Source: Candidatus Woesearchaeota archaeon
GTDB taxonomy: Archaea; Nanobdellota; Nanobdellia; Woesearchaeales; GW2011-AR4
NCBI GenBank assembly: GCA_016181305.1
Contig: JACOZN010000010.1
Coordinates: 133,242 to 197,241, forward strand
Length of the DNA stretch: 64,000 nucleotides
Reading direction: 5' to 3'
Both the position numbers and the translations under genes were made by a program. Below are positions 57,495-64,000 of the stretch, one piece after another. Position 1 is the first letter of the stretch. The number at the start of each line of letters is the position of its first letter. The notes beneath the pieces were generated by a model, which was not told where the DNA came from, ran no database searches, and saw nothing but the letters and a program-made list of their open reading frames with translations.

Positions 57495-58985
57495 ATGCAT
57501 GACGAGCCTCTCCAAAAAAAACGCGAAATAATCGGGATGTTCTTAAAGAGGGGAATGCTCGTGAGCCAGGAGATGCTTGACACAATCAACGATGAAGAGC
57601 ACATTTCCAGGATATTCAATGCGCTGAAGTCAAAACAAGCCGGCGAAGCGGCAGTCATAGACCTGGATTTGAAAAGGCTTGTGGACGAGGCAAAAACACA
57701 GAAAAGCGCCGCAGAAACCCCGCAGCACAGCATAAAAGTTGTCCAGTCATACACTGAAGAGCCGAAGAAAAGGGAGCCCCAGGATTTTGTTGACTATTTC
57801 AACAACAGGTACAAGGCAATAGAAAAAATACTGAAGCAGCGGCAGGAGCTTAAAGGCACGGTTTCCATCAACAAGATAGCGGGCAGGAAGGAAAAGGACA
57901 GCGCCGCAATCATTGGAATGGTAAGCGACAAGCAGGTTACAAAAAACGGCAACCTCCTGTTTTTGCTGGAAGACCCGACAGGCCGGAAAAAAGTTCTGGT
58001 GAACAAAAACAAGCCGGCGCTGTTTAACGAGGCGAAGGATATTGTCCTGGACGAGGTTATAGGTGTTGTAGGAGTAAGCGTTGACACAATAATCTTTGCA
58101 AACAACATTATCTGGCCCGACATCCCGGCTGCAAAAGACATCAAAAAAGCAGAGCAGGAATCCTATGCGCTTTTTCTTTCAGATTTGCATGTAGGCTCGG
58201 CAAAGTTTCTTCCAGATGATTTTGAGAAATTCCTCAAGTGGATAAACGGGAACATGGGAAACGAGCAGCAAAGGCACATAGCAAAAAACGTGAAATATAT
58301 CTTCATTGCAGGGGACTTAGTTGACGGGTGCGGCATCTACCCCGAGCAGGACAAGGAGCTCATAACAAAAGACATCTACCAGCAATACAGGGAATGTGCA
58401 GAGCTGCTCAAGCAAATACCGAGCCATATACCTTTGATAATATGCCCGGGCAACCATGACGCATTGCGGATATCCGAGCCCCAGCCTGCGCTGTCAAAAG
58501 AATTTGCAAGGCCAATGCATGAGCTCAACAATGCCATAATGGTCTCAAACCCATCTTTGATAAACATAAACTCTTACGAGAATTTCAATGGCTTTGATGT
58601 AATGATGTACCATGGGTATTCATTTGACTATTTTGTCGCTGAAGTGGACTCCCTGCGCAATCAGGGAGGATATGACAGGGCAGACCTGATAATGAAATTC
58701 CTGCTGAAGAGAAGGCATCTTGCGCCGACGCACCTCTCGACATTGTATGCCCCCGACACAAAAAAAGACCCGTTAGTCATTGAGAGGGTACCGGATTTCT
58801 TTCTCAGCGGGCACATACACAAGACAGCAACAGCCAGCTACAGGAACACAACCCTGATCTGCGGAAGCTGCTGGCAGGGCAAGACAATCTTCCAGGAAAG
58901 GGTTGGGCATAACCCTGAGCCGAGCAGGGTTCCGATTGTGAACCTGCAGACGCGGGACATAAAAATACTGAAATTCGGGCAGTAA
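57495..58985 (+). CDS. DNA polymerase II (PolD) small subunit DP1
   Basis: OB-fold plus calcineurin-like phosphoesterase domain (LFLSDLHVG, GNHD). Confidence 0.85.
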   Translation: MHDEPLQKKREIIGMFLKRGMLVSQEMLDTINDEEHISRIFNALKSKQAGEAAVIDLDLKRLVDEAKTQKSAAETPQHSIKVVQSYTEEPKKREPQDFVDYFNNRYKAIEKILKQRQELKGTVSINKIAGRKEKDSAAIIGMVSDKQVTKNGNLLFLLEDPTGRKKVLVNKNKPALFNEAKDIVLDEVIGVVGVSVDTIIFANNIIWPDIPAAKDIKKAEQESYALFLSDLHVGSAKFLPDDFEKFLKWINGNMGNEQQRHIAKNVKYIFIAGDLVDGCGIYPEQDKELITKDIYQQYRECAELLKQIPSHIPLIICPGNHDALRISEPQPALSKEFARPMHELNNAIMVSNPSLININSYENFNGFDVMMYHGYSFDYFVAEVDSLRNQGGYDRADLIMKFLLKRRHLAPTHLSTLYAPDTKKDPLVIERVPDFFLSGHIHKTATASYRNTTLICGSCWQGKTIFQERVGHNPEPSRVPIVNLQTRDIKILKFGQ

Positions 58986-58986
58986 A

Positions 58987-61900
58987 ATGGCAAGCGAAGA
59001 AGAGTGCAAAAAGGAACTGGCAAAAAACATAGATTCTGCATATAAAGCCGCAAATCTTGCAAGGGCAAAAGGCTACGACCCTGAAACCACAGTCAACATA
59101 CCCCTTGCAAAAAACATGGCAGAAAGGGTTGAGGGGCTGGTTAGCGTTGCAGTGCCCCAAATCATGAACTGCGGCATACCGAAAAGAATCAAAGAGCTTG
59201 AATCATCCTACGGAAAACTGGACTGGAGAGTCGCTATGACAATCGCGCTGGAAACAGCGCAGCAAAAATTCTGCAGGCTTGAGACGCAAAAAGAGGCGAT
59301 AGAGGCAGGCATAAGAATCGGGCTGGCTTACCTGACTCTTGGTGTTGTTGCGTCGCCGCTTGAGGGATTTGTAGGACTGAAAATAAGAAAAAGGAAAGAC
59401 GGCGGGGAGTATTTTGCTTTGATGTACTCCGGGCCGATAAGAAGCGCAGGCGGCACAGCAGGGGCGCTAAGCGTCGTCATTGCAGATTACATAAGAAAGC
59501 AAACAGGATACAGCACTTATGATCCCTCGGAAAAGGAAGTCAGGAGAATGGTGTCTGAGCTTTATGATTACCATGAAAGGGTCACCAATCTGCAGTACCT
59601 GCCAAGCGAAAAGGAAATAAGGTTTCTTGTCAGCAACCTGCCTGTCCAGATAGACGGTGATGCGTCAGAAGACATAGAAGTCTCGAATTACAAGGACATC
59701 GACAGGATTGAGACAAACAGGATAAGGAGCGGGCCGTGCCTTGTTTTGGGGGAGTGCGTTGCGCAAAAAGCAGTCAAGGTATGGAGCCAGCTCAAGAAAT
59801 GGAGCAGTGAATTCGGGCTCGGGCACTGGGAATTTCTCCAGGAATTTGTGCACCTGCAGAAGGAGATGAAGACAAAGGAAAAGCCAGCAAAAAAAGGAAT
59901 TACCCCCGTCTATACATACATACAGGACCTTGTCGCAGGCAGGCCTGTGCTGACACATCCTCTTGCTTTTGGAGGTTTTAGATTAAGGTACGGAAGATGC
60001 AGGACCTCAGGATACTCAGCATCAGCAATCCATCCTGCGACAATGACAATCCTGAACAAGTACATTGCAATAGGCACCCAGCTCAAGGTTGAGAGGCCGG
60101 GCAAGGCTACGGCAGTTACAGCATGTGATTTTATAGAAGGGCCAATAATCAAGCTGAATGACGGCAGCGTGCTCAGAATTGATACAGAGCAAAAGGCAAA
60201 GCAGTTTGTGAATTCTGTCAAAGAGATACTTTTTCTCGGAGACATCATGTTCAATTACGGTGATTTTTTCAACAGGGCGCACCAGCTTGCGCCTGCAGGC
60301 TATTGCGAGGAGTGGTGGTCGCTTGAGGCTGAAAAGGCTGTTGTGAACCTGTTCGGCTCTTTGGATTATTACAGGGCTTCGCAGCTTTCAGGGATAGCTC
60401 AGGAGCATATTGAACAGGTCATTGGAGATTATTTTTCTGTGAAGCCCGATGCAAAAACCGCAATTGCAATAAGCAAAGCATTTTCAATCCCGCTGCATCC
60501 CATGTTCACGTACCATTGGAGGGCTGTTTCAAGGGAGGAATTCCTCGAAATGCTGAAATGGCTCTTGTCTGCAAAGGCAGAGTTTGACGGGAGCGGCATA
60601 ATCAAGCTTATACTGCCAAAAAATGAAGCCGGCAAGAGGGTGTTGGAGCTTGTTGGAATTCCACACCTTTATGTGAACAACGAACTTACAATCATAGAAA
60701 AAGACGACGCAGCAGTACTGCAGGCTGTGCTGAAGCTTAGTGAAAAGAATTTTTATGAGCAGTACAAAAACACCCAGATAGAGGATGTTCTCGACCTTAT
60801 AAACAGTTTATCAGAGATAAAGCTGAGGGACAAGTCAGGCACATTCATAGGGGCCAGGATGGGCAGGCCTGAAAAGGCAAAGGTCAGGAAGCTTGACGGC
60901 GACCCCCACACATTGTTTCCTGTAGGCAAGGAAGGCGGCAAGATGCGCTCGTTCCAGAGCGCAATGGAGCACGGCTTTGTTGACTCTGATTTTCCTGTAT
61001 ATTTCTGCAAAAACTGCAGCAGGGAAACTATTTTCAGCGTGTGCGGGCAATGCGACTCAAAGACAGCAGGATATTGCGGCGTTTGCGGCAAGCTTAAAGA
61101 TGATTGCAATCATACAGGCACGATACAGCACAAGCAGCAGAGAATAGACATCAGGCATTATTTTGGAGAGGTGCTCAGGAAGCTCGGCATGCAGCAGTAC
61201 CCAGACCTGATAAAAGGGGTGAGGGGCACCTCAAGCAAAAACCACATTCCTGAACATTTCGCAAAGGGCATTCTAAGGGCCAAGCACGACATTTCCGTAA
61301 ACAAGGACGGCACAACAAGATATGACATGACCCAGCTGCCGATAACGCATTTCAAGCCGGGCGAAATAGGGACATCTGTAGAGGAGCTGAAGGAGCTTGG
61401 CTATGGGAAGGACGTGAACGGGATTGAACTGGCAAATGCGGAGCAGGTGCTTGAATTAAAGTTTCAGGACATCATACTGCCGAAATGCGAGGATGCCCCT
61501 GAGCTTGGCGCAGACAAGATTCTGTACAAAGTAAGCCTGTTTATAGACGAGCTTTTAACTTCATTGTACGGCCAGGAAAAATTTTACAGGCTTAAATCTG
61601 AAAAAGACCTGACAGGGCAGCTTGTCGTGGCCTTGGCGCCGCATACATCGGCAGGCATTGTAGGAAGAATAATAGGGTTTTCAAGGACGCAGGGGTTTTA
61701 CGCGCACCCATTGTTCCATGCAGCCACAAGAAGAGATTGTGACGGGGATGAGGCGTCTGTAACACTTTTGATGGATGCCCTGCTGAATTTCTCAAGGGAA
61801 TTTCTTCCTGACTCAAGAGGCTCCACACAGGACGCTCCATTAGTCCTGACTTCAATACTCGTTCCGACAGAGGTTGACGACATGGCGTTTGACATGGATG

Positions 61901-62484
61901 TTGCAAAGAGGTACCCGGTTGAGTTTTACGAGGCAGCCCAAAACTATGAAATGCCGTGGAATGTGAAGGTGGACAGGCTTGCAGGGCTGCTGCATTCCGA
62001 AAAAACAGGAGGCATATTTTATACCCATCCTGTGTCAAGCATCAACATGGGCGTCAGGTGCTCATCCTATAAAACGATCCCCTCAATGGAGGACAAGCTG
62101 AAAGGGCAGATGGAACTGGCTGACAAGATAAGGGCTGTTGATGCAGCTGATGTAGCAAGATTAGTGATAGAGAAGCATTTGCTAAGGGACATCAAGGGAA
62201 ACCTAAGGAAGTTCTCGCAGCAGCAGTTCAGGTGCAGCAAGTGCACTGAAAAATACAGAAGGCCGCCTTTGACCGGAAAATGCCTTGCGTGCGGAGGAAG
62301 GCTCATATTCACAGTCACGGAAGGCGCCATAGTCAAGTACTTAGAGCCGGCAATCTCTTTGTCTGAAAAATACAACCTGCCTCCTTACCTGAAACAAGTT
62401 TTATTATTGACAAAAGACAGGGTTGAAGGAGTTTTCGGAAGGGAAAAAGACAAGCAGGAAGGCCTAGGGAGATGGTTTGGGTAA
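58987..62484 (+). CDS. DNA polymerase II (PolD) large subunit DP2
   Basis: 1165 aa with no intein. Cys clusters CKNCS...CGQCD...CGVCG and CSKCT...CLACGG. Confidence 0.9.
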   Translation: MASEEECKKELAKNIDSAYKAANLARAKGYDPETTVNIPLAKNMAERVEGLVSVAVPQIMNCGIPKRIKELESSYGKLDWRVAMTIALETAQQKFCRLETQKEAIEAGIRIGLAYLTLGVVASPLEGFVGLKIRKRKDGGEYFALMYSGPIRSAGGTAGALSVVIADYIRKQTGYSTYDPSEKEVRRMVSELYDYHERVTNLQYLPSEKEIRFLVSNLPVQIDGDASEDIEVSNYKDIDRIETNRIRSGPCLVLGECVAQKAVKVWSQLKKWSSEFGLGHWEFLQEFVHLQKEMKTKEKPAKKGITPVYTYIQDLVAGRPVLTHPLAFGGFRLRYGRCRTSGYSASAIHPATMTILNKYIAIGTQLKVERPGKATAVTACDFIEGPIIKLNDGSVLRIDTEQKAKQFVNSVKEILFLGDIMFNYGDFFNRAHQLAPAGYCEEWWSLEAEKAVVNLFGSLDYYRASQLSGIAQEHIEQVIGDYFSVKPDAKTAIAISKAFSIPLHPMFTYHWRAVSREEFLEMLKWLLSAKAEFDGSGIIKLILPKNEAGKRVLELVGIPHLYVNNELTIIEKDDAAVLQAVLKLSEKNFYEQYKNTQIEDVLDLINSLSEIKLRDKSGTFIGARMGRPEKAKVRKLDGDPHTLFPVGKEGGKMRSFQSAMEHGFVDSDFPVYFCKNCSRETIFSVCGQCDSKTAGYCGVCGKLKDDCNHTGTIQHKQQRIDIRHYFGEVLRKLGMQQYPDLIKGVRGTSSKNHIPEHFAKGILRAKHDISVNKDGTTRYDMTQLPITHFKPGEIGTSVEELKELGYGKDVNGIELANAEQVLELKFQDIILPKCEDAPELGADKILYKVSLFIDELLTSLYGQEKFYRLKSEKDLTGQLVVALAPHTSAGIVGRIIGFSRTQGFYAHPLFHAATRRDCDGDEASVTLLMDALLNFSREFLPDSRGSTQDAPLVLTSILVPTEVDDMAFDMDVAKRYPVEFYEAAQNYEMPWNVKVDRLAGLLHSEKTGGIFYTHPVSSINMGVRCSSYKTIPSMEDKLKGQMELADKIRAVDAADVARLVIEKHLLRDIKGNLRKFSQQQFRCSKCTEKYRRPPLTGKCLACGGRLIFTVTEGAIVKYLEPAISLSEKYNLPPYLKQVLLLTKDRVEGVFGREKDKQEGLGRWFG

Positions 62485-62489
62485 GTTAA

Positions 62490-63062
62490 TTAATCATTTT
62501 GAATTCTAAGCCAATCCTTAATTAGTATCTTAAATCTCAATATCTCATCGTCGCTTAAATCGCAACTATGGGCAATTACATTTCTAATTTTATTTAATGG
62601 AGACAAAACTTCTTGTACAGATTTTTGACTTCTGAGTATGTTTGAGAAATCTGACCAATTTGCAGAGAAGATATCTATTAATTCACCAAAGTTAGTGTAA
62701 TCTAAAGGATCTTCTGATCTTATTGTCATAGCACTCTCACGTTCTTTTTTTTGTATATCAGATACATTATTTTTAATACTTGAAGGAATTTTAGTGTCCC
62801 ACCAATTCTCACCATATTTTTCTGCAAGAATATCTCTGATTAATTTTCTGACACTATTCTCTAAACTAAAATACAGAACGTAAAAATCAGCCATTTTTTT
62901 CGCTTTTTTTAGTATGTCATATTCAAAAAGCTCTGTGTCAACCAACTCACCCTTTTTTAGAGTTTTGATGTGTCCCATATCTATTCCATCTCTTTCTAAT
63001 TTCTCCAATTCTTTTTCAAGGAGAAGATTTTTCATACCAAATAACATTAGCTTTTCTTCCAT
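62490..63062 (-). CDS. HEPN-domain protein (Swt1/Abi-like), predicted RNase
   Basis: Rx4H motif in PLNKIRNVIAHS near the C-terminal helix. AT-rich codon usage. Confidence 0.55.
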   Translation of the reverse strand: MEEKLMLFGMKNLLLEKELEKLERDGIDMGHIKTLKKGELVDTELFEYDILKKAKKMADFYVLYFSLENSVRKLIRDILAEKYGENWWDTKIPSSIKNNVSDIQKKERESAMTIRSEDPLDYTNFGELIDIFSANWSDFSNILRSQKSVQEVLSPLNKIRNVIAHSCDLSDDEILRFKILIKDWLRIQND

Positions 63063-63075
63063 TGTTATGTTCTCC

Positions 63076-63702
63076 TTATTTGAGAAGGTTTTCTTTTAGA
63101 GCTTTGAAGATTGAATTAAATACTTCTACATCATTGGTTGCAGGCAAATTAAGATTTATAGTGTACGATATTCCTAGTTTGGTTGGCATTGTTATTTGTG
63201 GTGCTTCTCCTGTAACTGTAGTTTCTGTTTGTTCTTCATTTGAAGTAGATTGAATTTCTCCATCAAAATCTGCCAACTTACATAATTCTAAAAAAGTGGC
63301 AGCAACTTTTGGAATTGTTTTATCTTCTTTTGAAGCACCCAGAACAGAACAGAGCTTTGAGATAATCTCATCTTTTTTTAGTTTATGAGCATATGTATGT
63401 GCAGTGTAAAGTTTGTGATATGCACTCTTAATCTGTTGCGCCATAATTGCTTTGGATTTGGAATCATCTCTGTATTCGGAATAAGCTTTTGTTGGAACAT
63501 TAGCTTGGTCAATAAATACAATTCTTTTTAAGAACGGAATCATAGGGCGATAGCTACTTGATTTTAAACTCAACACAGTAGATAAAAAATCCTGTGTAAA
63601 TTTTGGTGGGACGCTTGCTTCTTTTATTTTTGAAAACAATTCTTTTAATTGCCCATAGGCATCTACATAAGGTGGATACTCAACCATTTTACTTACCCCC
63701 AT
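63076..63702 (-). CDS. hypothetical protein, upstream partner of the HEPN gene
   Basis: 208 aa with no recognised motif. 13-bp gap to the HEPN gene. AT-rich. Confidence 0.45.
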   Translation of the reverse strand: MGVSKMVEYPPYVDAYGQLKELFSKIKEASVPPKFTQDFLSTVLSLKSSSYRPMIPFLKRIVFIDQANVPTKAYSEYRDDSKSKAIMAQQIKSAYHKLYTAHTYAHKLKKDEIISKLCSVLGASKEDKTIPKVAATFLELCKLADFDGEIQSTSNEEQTETTVTGEAPQITMPTKLGISYTINLNLPATNDVEVFNSIFKALKENLLK

Positions 63703-63843
63703 CTATTATATTGGATAGTTAGTTGGATATATATTTAAATTTATTGGATATTTGCTTTTAGGACTGGCTTTTTGTAATCGGTGGCACCCAAAACTGATTG
63801 CATTTAACAACCATTAAACTCGTTTTAATAGAAAACTCAAATA

Positions 63844-64000
63844 TCAAATCTTCGCCTTAACTATATTCTTCGCACCGCACGCAGTACACTTCATGTAAGT
63901 AAGCTCGCCTTCCCTTACGATTGCAGTGTCGGGCTTGCCGCACTCGAAGCAAAGGACAAACTCATTTGCGTACTGCCTTATCTTGTCGTTAATCCTTGAG
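63844..64000 (-). CDS. translation initiation factor aIF2 beta subunit, C-terminal zinc-ribbon part (5' end outside window)
   Basis: Minus-strand translation ...VLCFECGKPDTAIVREGELTYMKCTACGAKNIVKAKI* ending at the stop codon at 63844–63846. Confidence 0.65.
   Translation of the reverse strand, partial: SRINDKIRQYANEFVLCFECGKPDTAIVREGELTYMKCTACGAKNIVKAKI

Noticed and set aside
1-64000. Searched by eye for CRISPR arrays, tRNA/rRNA genes, transposases and integrases.
   Set aside because: No regularly spaced direct repeats were seen. No sequences had tRNA hallmarks (GTTCRANYC T-arm, CCA-adjacent acceptor stems) in intergenic regions. No recognisable transposase or integrase ORFs were seen. Absence is based on manual reading and could miss a tRNA.

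Overview
This 64 kb window is almost certainly from a small-genome, low-GC (about 40% by eye) archaeon, with features reminiscent of DPANN lineages. The evidence is a near-complete archaeal ribosomal-protein superoperon ending in secY (about 39.4–55.0 kb, minus strand, including eL19, eL32, eL34, eL14, eS4 and SUI1). A classic oriC–orc1/cdc6–polD(DP1)–polD(DP2) block follows at 56–62.5 kb. Pelota, RFC small subunit, TyrRS and PheRS alpha/beta are also present. A long plus-strand super-operon (21.0–39.4 kb) encodes chorismate mutase, split transketolase and transaldolase. It continues with a complete shikimate pathway (aroG, aroB, aroD-aroE fusion, aroA, bacterial-type aroK, aroC), tyrA, pheA and pheS-pheT. 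The most interesting signals are listed below.
1. A 32-codon ORF, absent from the ORF track, lies about 70 nt upstream of the DAHP synthase gene. Twelve of its last 19 residues are Phe or Tyr, like bacterial pheL/pheM leader peptides. Its Phe codons form an oligo-T tract, which is the archaeal termination signal.
2. A conserved element of about 70 nt occurs twice, upstream of tyrS and upstream of transaldolase, in the same orientation as each gene. Together with item 1 this suggests an aromatic amino-acid cis-regulon.
3. A five-gene minus-strand operon at 8.9–16.8 kb encodes surface proteins. One is a 1082-aa polytopic membrane protein with an unmistakable family-1 lytic transglycosylase domain (ENAAWNP…GSYGLMQV…TPTA…AAGYNCG) plus FN3. 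Three are tandem paralogous Cys-containing lipoprotein-like proteins. A peptidoglycan-cleaving domain in an archaeon suggests an apparatus for interacting with bacteria.
4. An AT-rich two-gene cassette at the 3' end contains a HEPN (Rx4H) protein.
Other notable points are a stand-alone Cas4-like nuclease and a type IV pilin gene inserted into the secY/L34e block, where adk and cmk are missing. Two inverted TrmB paralogs bracket about 35 kb. No CRISPR array, tRNA, rRNA or transposase was recognised.
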